Shown one piece after another: positions 30,262 to 39,882 of a DNA stretch of 64,000 nucleotides. This DNA is from an uncultured Muribaculaceae bacterium (lineage in GTDB: Bacteria > Bacteroidota > Bacteroidia > Bacteroidales > Muribaculaceae). The notes beneath the pieces are model-generated. The model was given only the letters and a program-made list of their open reading frames with translations. It was not told where the DNA came from and searched no databases. Location: NCBI GenBank assembly GCA_964628205.1, contig CAZVMM010000009.1, forward strand, positions 2,226-66,225, in the 5' to 3' direction. Every line of letters starts with the position of its first letter. The first letter of the stretch is position 1. The position numbers and the translations under genes are program-made.

Positions 30262-31164
30262 TTAGAACACCTTGATGTTGATATAACGCTTGGGATGCAA
30301 CTTGATGTCGGTCAACAACGAGTCGAGGCTGGCAATGGCATGATTGGTGTTGTCGTAGAGTTCACGATCATTCATCACCTTACCCAGGGTTGAATTCTTG
30401 TCGCCAAGTTGCTTACTCAGTGCCTCCAGATTGGCTAGTGTGGCATTGAGGGTATTGATGGTCGAGTCAATCGGCATCTGCTTGAGAGTTGCCGAGAAGT
30501 CTGTCAGATTGCCAGTGGCCCCTGACAAGTTGGTTGCGATACCATTCACATTATTGATGACGCCAGGTACGCTACGGTTCAGCCCGTTCATGAGAATGGT
30601 CAGCTGCTGGGCACTAGCCTGCAGCTGGCGGGTAATGCCATCGAGCCTAGCCAGGGCGGCGGCAAGTGCGGGGTCGCCGGTCAATCCATTCACATTGTTC
30701 ATTATGGAGTCTACCTTGGGCAGCATGCCACTGACCATCGGCAGCACGTTTTCCTTCACATTATCCATGATGCCTGGCAACTCGGTAGTGGGAATCATGC
30801 TACCGGGCTCCATCGGCTGACCATCGCCCAAGTTGAGCACCAGCGAAGCTCCGCCCATCAGTCCTGACACCATGTTGATGGTACTGCCTTGGGGCACCTT
30901 CATTTTGGGCTCCATGGCCATGACCACAGTTATCTTGTTGTTCGAGTAGTCATACTGTATCTCATAGACCTGCCCCACTTGAAATCCGTTGACGGTCACA
31001 GGAGCCGCTTTGAGCAAACCATCAGCGCTCTCCACCTCTGTATAGAAGCGATTAGATGGTGTCAGCAGATTGATACCCTTCAGATAGTTGATACCCCAAT
31101 ATAGCAACGCAAGTCCCACCATGACAGTGAGAGCGATTTTCACATTCTTTGTGAGGAATTTCAT
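30262..31164 (-). CDS. MlaD/Mce-family protein
   Basis: The track start 31194 is TTG. ATG 31164 gives MKFLTKNVKIALTVMVGLALLYW (TM anchor), followed by an Mce domain (APVTVNGFQVGQVYEI) and a helical C-terminal region. Confidence 0.85.
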   Translation of the reverse strand: MKFLTKNVKIALTVMVGLALLYWGINYLKGINLLTPSNRFYTEVESADGLLKAAPVTVNGFQVGQVYEIQYDYSNNKITVVMAMEPKMKVPQGSTINMVSGLMGGASLVLNLGDGQPMEPGSMIPTTELPGIMDNVKENVLPMVSGMLPKVDSIMNNVNGLTGDPALAAALARLDGITRQLQASAQQLTILMNGLNRSVPGVINNVNGIATNLSGATGNLTDFSATLKQMPIDSTINTLNATLANLEALSKQLGDKNSTLGKVMNDRELYDNTNHAIASLDSLLTDIKLHPKRYINIKVF

Positions 31165-31220
31165 TGTCTTGTTTCTATTGTGATATATGTTCAATAGCCT
31201 GGTTGAATCGTATTTTGCGG

Positions 31221-31228
31221 CAAAGGTA
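31221..31228 (-). promoter_or_regulatory. -7 box TACCTTTG for the MlaD-like gene
   Basis: CAAAGGTA on the + strand, 57 nt upstream of ATG 31164. Confidence 0.5.
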
Positions 31229-31239
31229 ATACTTTTTTT

Positions 31240-31281
31240 AGTTAATAGTTAATTGTTGATAGTTAAAAGTTGTCAGTTTTT
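31240..31281. repeat. phased heptanucleotide tract AGTTAAT-AGTTAAT-TGTTGAT-AGTTAAA-AGTTGTC-AGTTTTT
   Basis: (A/T)GTT at 31240, 31247, 31254, 31261, 31268 and 31275, an exact 7-nt phase. Lies between the divergent MlaD-like and aroE -7 boxes. The 14-mer TAGTTAATAGTTAA is identical to 16424..16437. Confidence 0.8.
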
Positions 31282-31284
31282 TAT

Positions 31285-31292
31285 TACCTTTG
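31285..31292 (+). promoter_or_regulatory. -7 box TACCTTTG for aroE-comEC
   Basis: Exact match 29 nt upstream of ATG 31321. Confidence 0.55.
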
Positions 31293-31320
31293 CCGTCACA
31301 CTGACAAGACAATACACGCT

Positions 31321-32112
31321 ATGACCAAATCTCCACTAGAATATCAGCACTTGTATGGGCTCATCGGTTATCCGCTAGTCCACTCTTTTTCCCGCGATTT
31401 CTTTAACCGTAAGTTTGTGGCCGAAGACATAGATGCGCGTTACATCAATTTTGAGATTCAGGACGTTGGGCAACTCATGGAAGTGATAGCCGAATATCCT
31501 AATCTTGACGGACTCAATGTCACCGCCCCCTACAAGGAAGCTGTCATTCCCCTGCTTGATAGCCTGGACGAGGATGCACGCGCTATCGGTGCCGTAAACG
31601 TCATCCGCTTTATCCGTGACCCGCACACCGGCGACCTCATGGAGTTGCGGGGCTACAACAGTGACGTGGCTGGATTCGACGGCACCCTCGAAGGCTTGTT
31701 GCCAGAGAACTGTACCAACGCCATGGTGCTCGGGACAGGTGGTGCCGCTAAGGCCGTCACGGCGGCATTGCAACGCCGCGGCATCCGTGTGCAGCTAGTC
31801 TCCAGACACAAGCGCGAACACATCCTGGTCTATGAAGAAATCACACGCGCCATGGTTGCCGCTCATCAGCTGATTGTCAATGCTACCCCCCTAGGCAAGT
31901 ATCCTGACGATGACCTGTGTCCCGACTTTCCTTACCGCTTCCTTACACCAGCCCATGTATGTTATGACTTGATCTATAATCCCGAGGAAACGCTTTTCAT
32001 GCGACAGGCGGCCAGCCAGGGTGCCCGCACCAAGAACGGCATTGAGATGCTACTGCTGCAAGCCTTCGAGTCATATGACATCTGGACCCGTCACGGCGAC
32101 CTCGCCCACTAA
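31321..32112 (+). CDS. aroE: shikimate dehydrogenase
   Basis: ATG 31321 lies 29 nt after a TACCTTTG -7 box. Motifs YGLIGYPLVHSFS, NVTAPYK and GTGGAAKA. Confidence 0.9.
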   Translation: MTKSPLEYQHLYGLIGYPLVHSFSRDFFNRKFVAEDIDARYINFEIQDVGQLMEVIAEYPNLDGLNVTAPYKEAVIPLLDSLDEDARAIGAVNVIRFIRDPHTGDLMELRGYNSDVAGFDGTLEGLLPENCTNAMVLGTGGAAKAVTAALQRRGIRVQLVSRHKREHILVYEEITRAMVAAHQLIVNATPLGKYPDDDLCPDFPYRFLTPAHVCYDLIYNPEETLFMRQAASQGARTKNGIEMLLLQAFESYDIWTRHGDLAH

Positions 32113-32157
32113 ACCCGACAACATACCGGAATTGCCAATGACCTGCCTGCTCGCTTG

Positions 32158-34215
32158 ATGAACAAGAACGCTGTGCTGTCACGATTGCCGATATTACGTG
32201 TACTCCTGCCCTTCATGGTGGGGATCGGCGTCCACGATACTTGGCACACCTGGTGGGCGCCGCTTGTCTTGTTGGCATTTTCTGTCGTTCTTTACATACT
32301 GCTCGTTGCGCGGTCGCGCACACCTCAGGACCGACTTCGATTCAGGACTTATTATATCATCCCGTTATCGCTTGCTGCGTTATCCATGGGATGGATAGCT
32401 GCAATTGTGCATTGTCCACCCCACCTCAATCCGGCCCAACTGTCGCGCCGCGTCATTACCGGACGGGTCATGGACTTGAAGTATACCGACTTCTCGATGC
32501 GTCTAACCATCGATGTGCTGGACCCGGAATTACCGCGCTGCAGGGTGCTGCTGTCCACCCGTGATTGTGATTACACGCTTCAAACCGGCGACCTCGTTTC
32601 CTGGCCAGGCAAGCTGACAGAGGTCGGAAGTCTCGGTAATCCAGACGAGATGGATTACGCCCGATATCTGCTGAACAGTGACGGTATCCGTTACCAGCAG
32701 CACATGCCGCTGAGAGACCTGAAACGTGTGGGACACTCACCTACCCTGCTCACCCGATTGGCCAACGTGCGCCGCGACCTGAAACTCAAGGTACTCAACA
32801 CAGGACTGACACCCCAGAGCCAAGCGTTTGTTGTGACGCTGCTGCTGGGCGACAACACGATAATTGACAAGGCCATACGCCAGCAGTTCCAAGCGGCAGG
32901 CGTTGCCCATGTGCTGGCCTTAAGCGGATTACATATCTCTATTATTTCACTGATTATCTGGTGGTTGCTCTTTCCGCTCGACTACCTGCGATTGAAGAAA
33001 CTGCGACTTTTTATCACACTGAGCGCAATCGCCCTGTTTGCTGTCTTCACCGGCTTGTCGCCGAGTGTGGTCCGCGCGACGCTGATGACCGGGATTGTGT
33101 TCGCCTCGGTCTTATCTAATCGACGATCTCAATCGCTCAACGCCCTGGCTCTTGCCGCGCTTGTGATTCTGGTATTCTCGCCATCGGCACTTTACAGTGT
33201 GGGATTTCAGCTGAGTTTCATCACGGTGGGGGCCGTCGTGCTGTTTGCCCGTGTTCCCCGAGTGCTTGAAAGCCGCTATGGTTGGATGAATCGCATCACT
33301 GCCACCCTGATCACATCGCTAGTGGCGATGGTCGCGACGATGGCACTCACCGCCCATTATTTCCATGTGGTGTCGCTGATGTCTGTTTTCTCCAATCTGC
33401 TCGTTTTGCCAGTGTTGCCGTTATTCATGGTGCTGGCCGCTATGTTCCTGATGGTAACGGCCGCTGGCATGCAATGGCCTGTGCTAAACTGGATCATCGA
33501 TGCCATCAACCGCTACATTCACTGGTCCATCGCCCTGCTCAATGCCTTGCCATTGTCACACGTCAGTGGCATCTATGTCAGCACCATAGGCGTCGTGACC
33601 TATTTCCTGATGATGGCGCTTATCGTCTTGTGGCTTTACCGACGGAGCTACCGCTACCTGCTCTGCGCTGGTGTGACAGCCTGCCTAATGCTCGCACATT
33701 CGTTATGGATGGAGCTGTCGACCCCACGTCAAGGGTTGGTCATGTTTAATTCCCCCACATCGACGCCTGTATTCTATTATGACCACGGCACGGGGTATGT
33801 CTGGACACCTGATGACGAAGAAGTCGACTCAACCGATTTCGCCCGATATTATTCAGGCTTTATTGCCAGGCACAGCATCGAGAAAATACATTTCATCGGC
33901 AATGATGACACCTTATCACTGAAACAGGCCATGATTAAGCCGCCCTATGCCCACCTGATGGGCCGCCGCATCGTGGCTGTCGGGGCAGGAAAGTGGAAGC
34001 ACCAGACCCGGAAAAACGCAGCAACGCTCGATGACGTTATTGTCACCAAGCGTTACCACAGCACAGTTGGTAAACTGAAGGAATTATACCAATTTGACCA
34101 ACTTATTATCTCAGGAGCTATGTATGAAGCAGACAGAATTATTCTCGAGTGCGATTCGCTGCACGTCCCCGCCTATAGTCTTAAGGCAAGTGGGGCTTAC
34201 TGTATCACGCATTAG
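32158..34215 (+). CDS. comEC: ComEC/Rec2 family competence channel protein
   Basis: Multi-TM protein with a DUF4131-like OB segment and the competence domain motif AAGVAHVLALSGLHISII. ATG at 32158 (track start 32155 is TTG). No HxHxDH motif was seen in the C-terminal ~170 aa. Confidence 0.88.
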   Translation: MNKNAVLSRLPILRVLLPFMVGIGVHDTWHTWWAPLVLLAFSVVLYILLVARSRTPQDRLRFRTYYIIPLSLAALSMGWIAAIVHCPPHLNPAQLSRRVITGRVMDLKYTDFSMRLTIDVLDPELPRCRVLLSTRDCDYTLQTGDLVSWPGKLTEVGSLGNPDEMDYARYLLNSDGIRYQQHMPLRDLKRVGHSPTLLTRLANVRRDLKLKVLNTGLTPQSQAFVVTLLLGDNTIIDKAIRQQFQAAGVAHVLALSGLHISIISLIIWWLLFPLDYLRLKKLRLFITLSAIALFAVFTGLSPSVVRATLMTGIVFASVLSNRRSQSLNALALAALVILVFSPSALYSVGFQLSFITVGAVVLFARVPRVLESRYGWMNRITATLITSLVAMVATMALTAHYFHVVSLMSVFSNLLVLPVLPLFMVLAAMFLMVTAAGMQWPVLNWIIDAINRYIHWSIALLNALPLSHVSGIYVSTIGVVTYFLMMALIVLWLYRRSYRYLLCAGVTACLMLAHSLWMELSTPRQGLVMFNSPTSTPVFYYDHGTGYVWTPDDEEVDSTDFARYYSGFIARHSIEKIHFIGNDDTLSLKQAMIKPPYAHLMGRRIVAVGAGKWKHQTRKNAATLDDVIVTKRYHSTVGKLKELYQFDQLIISGAMYEADRIILECDSLHVPAYSLKASGAYCITH

Positions 34216-35612
34216 GGCTTCTGTTCAATCAGCGTGAGCACCATCTGCTTGACATCATGGGCCAGCTCAGTGGCTTCGGGCATAGAGTGGGCCTCGGCAT
34301 AGATTCTGATAATGGGTTCCGTGTTGCTGCGGCGCAGATGCACCCACGATTTTTCAAAATCAATCTTTACTCCGTCGATGGTCGTCACCGTACCCAGGTC
34401 TTTGTAATGGCGCTCTACCGCTTGCAGAATAGCGTCAACATCCATTGCTGGCGACAGTTCCAGTTTGTCCTTGGCGATGCTGTACTGCGGATATGTGGCC
34501 TTGAGTTCGCTCACCGTCTTACCGCTATGGGCCAACAATGACAGGAACAATGCCACACCCACAAGTGCGTCGCGGCCATAATGGCTTGCGGGATAAATCA
34601 CACCGCCGTTGCCCTCGCCACCGATGACTGCGCCAGTGCGCCGCATCTCGGTCGTCACATTGACCTCGCCCACGGCAGCCGCGGTATACTGGCAGCCATG
34701 CTTGGCGGTAATGTCCCTCAAGGCCCGGGATGACGACAGGTTGCTGACAGTAGAGCCCGGAGTGTGGCTCAACACATAGTCGGCGACAGCCACCAACGTA
34801 TATTCCTCCACAAAGAACTCTCCATTTTCCATTACGATGGCCAGGCGGTCCACATCAGGGTCAACCACAAACCCCACATCGATGCCGCCCTGGCGCATGC
34901 GGTCGGCAATGGCGGTCAGGTTAGCAGGAATTGGTTCGGGAGTGTGGCCAAAGTTACCCGTCGGGTCACAGAAGAGTCGCTCCACACGCTTCACGCCCAG
35001 CGCCTCGAGCAACTGCGGGATAGCGATGCCACCCACCGAGTTGACAGCATCGACAGCAACCGTGAAGTCGGCACGGCGAATTGCGTCGACGTCTACCAGG
35101 TCCAGAGCCAGCACATGGTCGATGTGTCGCTTGAGCCAAGTGTAGTTTTTCATTTCACGACCCAGGTTATCCACGTCGGCATAGTCAAAGTCTTCCTCTT
35201 CAGCCAAACGCAACACCTGCTTGCCCTCTTCATCGGTAAGGAACTCACCTCGATGATTGAGCAGTTTCAGGGCATTCCACTGGCGTGGATTGTGACTGGC
35301 TGTGATAATGATACCGCCACAGGCATGTTCGCCCACGACAGCGAGTTCGGTCGTGGGAGTTGTTGCCAAACCGATGTTGACGACATCAAAACCCATTCCA
35401 GTCAGCGTGCCGACCACGGTGTTGAGCACCATGCGTCCCGACAGACGGGCATCGCGTCCTACAACAATAATGTTGGATTTCACAGGTGAGTGGCGACGCA
35501 TCAGCGTGGCATAGGCCGATGTGAACTTAACGATGTCGAGCGGCGTCAGCCCATCGCCAGCCTTGCCACCGATAGTGCCGCGGATTCCTGATATAGATTT
35601 GATTAATGACAT
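34212..35612 (-). CDS. glmM: phosphoglucosamine mutase
   Basis: 466 aa. SGIRG, the active-site loop TASHNP, and the Mg loop DPDVDR. Confidence 0.95.
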   Translation of the reverse strand: MSLIKSISGIRGTIGGKAGDGLTPLDIVKFTSAYATLMRRHSPVKSNIIVVGRDARLSGRMVLNTVVGTLTGMGFDVVNIGLATTPTTELAVVGEHACGGIIITASHNPRQWNALKLLNHRGEFLTDEEGKQVLRLAEEEDFDYADVDNLGREMKNYTWLKRHIDHVLALDLVDVDAIRRADFTVAVDAVNSVGGIAIPQLLEALGVKRVERLFCDPTGNFGHTPEPIPANLTAIADRMRQGGIDVGFVVDPDVDRLAIVMENGEFFVEEYTLVAVADYVLSHTPGSTVSNLSSSRALRDITAKHGCQYTAAAVGEVNVTTEMRRTGAVIGGEGNGGVIYPASHYGRDALVGVALFLSLLAHSGKTVSELKATYPQYSIAKDKLELSPAMDVDAILQAVERHYKDLGTVTTIDGVKIDFEKSWVHLRRSNTEPIIRIYAEAHSMPEATELAHDVKQMVLTLIEQKP

Positions 35613-35618
35613 ATTATT

Positions 35619-35652
35619 AGTTGGTAGTTTTAAGTTTTAGTTGTCAGTTGTT
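35619..35652. repeat. AGTT-phased tract AGTTGGT-AGTTTTA-AGTTTT-AGTTGTC-AGTTGTT
   Basis: AGTT at 35619, 35626, 35633, 35639 and 35646, immediately upstream of the glmM ATG (35612). Shares AGTTGTCAGTT with 31268..31278. Confidence 0.7.
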
Positions 35653-35739
35653 CGCGTCATAATTCCGCATCACGTTTTTATCGTCCTAACGGTTCTGCTG
35701 CCAATTATGACATTGCCTTGATGGCTCTGAAGCCTAGAG

Positions 35740-36333
35740 TCAAATCATGCTATGGAAATATCGCACGTGATACAGGAAGGGCATCACCTGTGAAATCTCG
35801 CTAGTGAGCCCGAACTGGGACTTGATAACCAGATTAACCTCACACTCCACTCCCAGGTAGTTCAGCGGTAATTGAAGGCCATAGCCCCACTGCGATGTTG
35901 ACGGCAATGTGAAATCGGCATATTTGAATGAACACGACTCGGAATCCATAGCATTCTCGTTGCCATTAAAGGGAGTAAGCACTCCGTTGGCATACCATAC
36001 CGAAAGGCTGTAACGGGTGAAACGGAAGTAAATGGGCTCGCCTGTGTGGGCACGGTCACCCTTGCGGTCACCCGATTTGATCACTTGCATGTAGACATTG
36101 CCATCGGGGTCAATACGGTAGAAGGGGGCATCCTCGCCCTCCTCAAACACCGAGTCCTCGGGGACAGACATCTCCACGCGATGATTGGCCAAGTAAGCGT
36201 TCACAGCGTTGCGTTCCTGATTCAGGCGGTCGGCATAGCTCACGTCGTCATTACAGGAGCTCAGTGACAGTATTGCCAGTATAGCCAACAGGATGAGATT
36301 GTGGCGGTTGAAAATTCTAATCATATTTTTCAT
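35740..36333 (-). CDS. lipoprotein of unknown function
   Basis: ATG 36333 gives MKNMIRIFNRHNLILLAILAILSLSSCNDD (lipobox). The longer track ORF (to 36516) would overlap the upstream DHH gene. Confidence 0.65.
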   Translation of the reverse strand: MKNMIRIFNRHNLILLAILAILSLSSCNDDVSYADRLNQERNAVNAYLANHRVEMSVPEDSVFEEGEDAPFYRIDPDGNVYMQVIKSGDRKGDRAHTGEPIYFRFTRYSLSVWYANGVLTPFNGNENAMDSESCSFKYADFTLPSTSQWGYGLQLPLNYLGVECEVNLVIKSQFGLTSEISQVMPFLYHVRYFHSMI

Positions 36334-36364
36334 TATTCTTGTACTTGATTGCAGTGAAATTATT

Positions 36365-37432
36365 TTATTCGGTCGGTTGTTGTGGTTGCTGCTGTTCTTC
36401 AGCGGGCTGAGCCTCAGGGAACAAATCGCGAAGCACCTGGTGAAAAGTCTCAACGGCCTCCTGGATGGTACCGTGAAAATCGCCACCGGCAGCGTTCTCA
36501 TGCCCGCCGCCACCAAAGTAGCGCTTGCAGATGTCGCTTACCGAGAAATCGCCCTGGGAGCGGCACGACACCTTGATGCGGTCGACATCCTCGCGCAGGA
36601 ACACACTCCAGTAGATGCCCGGAATTGCCAGCGGCTTGTTGACCAGAGTCTCGGTATCACCACGATTGTAGCTGAAGCGCTCCAGTTCCTCCTTATCCAG
36701 AGCAATCAGCGAAGCGCCCTGCTCGGGATAAAGCTCCATCTTCTCGCTGATTGCATAACCCTGCAGACGCAGGCTATCGGCGCTGAAGGAGTTCAATGCC
36801 TTGTTATACAAATCCACACGATTGATGCGGCGGCGCAGTATCGAAGCCAAGATTTCATAAAGTTCAGGATTGTCGCAGCTGTACGCCAATCCGCCCGTGT
36901 CCGTAAGCAGTCCCACATACAGGCAACTGGCGGCATGCCGGTCCATGAACCGTAGCAGTCCCATCTGCATAAGCACGCGGAACACCAGTTCGCATGTCGA
37001 TGAGGCCTCGGGGAACGAAATCATCAGGTCGAACGTTGCTTCATCGGGTTCGAGATGATGGTCGATGAGCACACGCGTGGTCTTCAAGGTCTCAACCACC
37101 TCGGCCAGACGGTCGATGCGCTGCATTGAGTTAAAGTCAAGACAGAAGATCAGTTGCGCATCGGCCAGCACATGGCGAGCGCGCAACTCGTGCTTGGTAT
37201 ACACCACCAGTTCTCGCACGCCAGGGATAAACTCCAGCGCCCGAGGGGCCATATCGGGAGTGACTACAGTGGCATCTTTTCCCAAACGACGCAACACGTG
37301 GGCCAGAGCCAACGATGAACCCAGGGCATCACCATCGGGCGACTTGTGGCACGTGATGGCGATACGCTGCACACCATTGATGAGCGCCCGCAACTTGTCG
37401 ATAATCGTTTGGTCAATAATTGAGCTTATCAT
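36365..37432 (-). CDS. DHH/DHHA1 phosphoesterase (NrnA-like oligoribonuclease/pAp phosphatase)
   Basis: 355 aa. Motifs CHKSPDGDALGS, DHH (LIDHHLE) and GGGHENAAGG. Has a Q/P/E-rich C-terminal tail. Confidence 0.85.
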   Translation of the reverse strand: MISSIIDQTIIDKLRALINGVQRIAITCHKSPDGDALGSSLALAHVLRRLGKDATVVTPDMAPRALEFIPGVRELVVYTKHELRARHVLADAQLIFCLDFNSMQRIDRLAEVVETLKTTRVLIDHHLEPDEATFDLMISFPEASSTCELVFRVLMQMGLLRFMDRHAASCLYVGLLTDTGGLAYSCDNPELYEILASILRRRINRVDLYNKALNSFSADSLRLQGYAISEKMELYPEQGASLIALDKEELERFSYNRGDTETLVNKPLAIPGIYWSVFLREDVDRIKVSCRSQGDFSVSDICKRYFGGGGHENAAGGDFHGTIQEAVETFHQVLRDLFPEAQPAEEQQQPQQPTE

Positions 37433-37458
37433 TGCTTTGTTGAAATCGCATTAATCGG

Positions 37459-37466
37459 CAAAGATA
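37459..37466 (-). promoter_or_regulatory. -7 box TATCTTTG for the DHH phosphoesterase (-lipoprotein-glmM) string
   Basis: CAAAGATA on the + strand, 27 nt upstream of ATG 37432. Confidence 0.5.
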
Positions 37467-37554
37467 ACGCTTTTTTGCCACATATAGCATGAACACGACT
37501 TTTAATTATCGTTAATCTCGCCCAAAGATGGGTGTGAAGCAATACGTCCCATGG

Positions 37555-39882
37555 CTAGAACGGGTATCCGATGGCAAGATGAAAGGCCAGTCCGTCCTTG
37601 AATTTAGGAATATTGTAGTACCCTCTCTTCCCCGTACTGTAAGGAGCATGGATGCCGATACCCAGGTCGGCCCTCACCACAAGCATCTGCATATCGAAGC
37701 GCAGGCCCAATCCCGTACCCACTGCCAGTTCGTTCAGGAAAGACTTCATCTTCAGCAATCCTCCCGGACGTGACGGGTCATCCTTGAGCAACCAGATATT
37801 ACCGGCATCGAGAAAGACCGCCCCATTGAAATACCCTAAGATCGGGAAACGGTATTCGGCATTGGCCTCGAACTTGAATGTACCTGTCTGGTCATAATAA
37901 GTGTAACGGTCACGGAACTCGGGGTGATAACTGCCAGGACCGAGGGTGCGCACAGCAAAGGCCCGCACAGAACTCGAACCGCCGACGTAGAACTGTTCCC
38001 GGTAAGGCACCTCGCTGCTGTTGCCATAGGCATGGGCCGCACCCATCATCACACGGGTCGCCAAGGTGTGGCCATAGTTCAGCTTGCGGGTCCATATCAC
38101 CTGCCCCTGGGCTTTAACGAACTGAGAGAAAGGCGTTCCGAGCAATTCCTTGGTTCCTTGAGCCTTGAAGATAGACCAAATGCCAGAGAAGATATTACCG
38201 GCCTCGGTAACACTGGCGGTAAAAAGGATGTGATCGCGTGGACTCAGATTGCGGTCCAAGGTATAGGCGTACTCAATCTTGGGGATGAAGACATCGTTGA
38301 AACTCTCGTTAAGGGCAGGATTGAGAGCCATAACGGAATCAAACTTCTCAGAGCGGCTCAGCATCTTGGTGTATGTGAGCTTGAACGGCGTGAGCACATG
38401 ACTGGAATAGCGGTTGGCATGCCATTCCCAGGTCATTGCCGTGCTGAGCTGGGCCATCTTGAAGTAACCCGGCCTGTTCATCAAGTCGGCACTGAGCGAG
38501 AAGTGGGTCCAGTTGGTAAAGCGGCGCGAAGGATACAAGAATTTGGGCGCAAGCAGTCGGGGAAAGTCCAACTTGGACTCGATACCAAATTCATAGGAGT
38601 TGAAATCGGCATCTTTGTAGTTGGAGTTACCGCCGGTTTGCCACTCATAGTCGCCATAGATGTTCATTGAGAACTTTTCACCCGCAGCAAACGCATTCTT
38701 GTGAGTGGCACCGATCTTGATACCCGGGCCGATGTAGCTGTTGCTCTTGGATGTGCCGTGAACCTCAAAGGTCACTTCCCACGGCTTGTCCAGCTGGCAA
38801 TAGATATTCAAGTCGAGCAATCCCTCACCGGTGGGAGTAATACTGTCGAGAGGCACCACCTGGATGTCAACAGTGCTGAAAATGCCCAGATTGGACAGGG
38901 CGGCTTGAGTGCGGTCGATGCTGTTGACCCTGAAAGTGCGTCCCCTACGCGCTCTGATGCACGAAGGGATGACTTTGTCCTTGATGTAAACCGGCTCAAG
39001 GCGTATCAGGCGGCAATTACGGGTCTCGACAGTGTCTGGTTCTCCCTGTGCGCCATCACTCGCAACAGTTGCTGTGATGTCGTTGGTGAGATAGCGCAAC
39101 TTGGCATGATTGGGGATATCGCCCGACTCAACCAGTCGCATATGTATCACGCCTTTGTCCTGCACGCTGTCGGCAAGGTACTGGATATACTCTGGACGGA
39201 AGAAATAGTAGCCCTGATTGCGCAGTGCATTCGTGATGTCGATACGGACAGCACTCAGCGAGTCCAAGCAATAGCGGTTACCGGTTTGCAGATATTGGTT
39301 GGATCTGGCGAGGGAGTCCACAAGCTGCAAGACGCGTTCCTGGCTATTGATGTACTGGATGTTACCTATCTCATAAGGCTTATTGACGGTCACGTCATAC
39401 GAGACCTTGGCCTTCTTGGGATTGCTGCCTTGATGTAGCTGATAGCTAGCCGATGACGTGAAATAGCCGTTATTGCGCAGGATTGTATTGATCATGTCAA
39501 CACGCGCCTGGGGGTTCACACGGCGAATCAGCACCGGCTTGGCAGCAAAGTGCTTATAGAGCCATCCAGCGATACCGGTGGCATTCTCATCGATATTGTT
39601 GTATATCATCAAGCCGATGGGAAACGGCGTGCGGTAGTAAGGCGAATAGAGGGGATTGTTCGGCTTGACATTGATGGCTGTGAAGATGTCATTTTTCACG
39701 CCAGGGTCAATCTTGACACTATCCTCGTGATACTTGAGATACTTGACACCCGTGTAGAGGATGTCGTTCTCGCCCAATTTGCGCGTGGTAGAGCAAGCGC
39801 CCACCAGCAACAGCAGGACCACTGCCAGCGCCAGTCGTGTGACTGGGTATAGCGGGATATGATTAATGTTGTTCGCTCTCAT
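37555..39882 (-). CDS. Omp85-family outer-membrane protein (TamA/BamA-like)
   Basis: 775 aa with a lipoprotein-like signal (LLLLVGACS). C-terminal bacterial surface-antigen barrel ending ...HLAIGYPF. Overlaps the end of the upstream TamB-like gene by 20 nt. Confidence 0.85.
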   Translation of the reverse strand: MRANNINHIPLYPVTRLALAVVLLLLVGACSTTRKLGENDILYTGVKYLKYHEDSVKIDPGVKNDIFTAINVKPNNPLYSPYYRTPFPIGLMIYNNIDENATGIAGWLYKHFAAKPVLIRRVNPQARVDMINTILRNNGYFTSSASYQLHQGSNPKKAKVSYDVTVNKPYEIGNIQYINSQERVLQLVDSLARSNQYLQTGNRYCLDSLSAVRIDITNALRNQGYYFFRPEYIQYLADSVQDKGVIHMRLVESGDIPNHAKLRYLTNDITATVASDGAQGEPDTVETRNCRLIRLEPVYIKDKVIPSCIRARRGRTFRVNSIDRTQAALSNLGIFSTVDIQVVPLDSITPTGEGLLDLNIYCQLDKPWEVTFEVHGTSKSNSYIGPGIKIGATHKNAFAAGEKFSMNIYGDYEWQTGGNSNYKDADFNSYEFGIESKLDFPRLLAPKFLYPSRRFTNWTHFSLSADLMNRPGYFKMAQLSTAMTWEWHANRYSSHVLTPFKLTYTKMLSRSEKFDSVMALNPALNESFNDVFIPKIEYAYTLDRNLSPRDHILFTASVTEAGNIFSGIWSIFKAQGTKELLGTPFSQFVKAQGQVIWTRKLNYGHTLATRVMMGAAHAYGNSSEVPYREQFYVGGSSSVRAFAVRTLGPGSYHPEFRDRYTYYDQTGTFKFEANAEYRFPILGYFNGAVFLDAGNIWLLKDDPSRPGGLLKMKSFLNELAVGTGLGLRFDMQMLVVRADLGIGIHAPYSTGKRGYYNIPKFKDGLAFHLAIGYPF

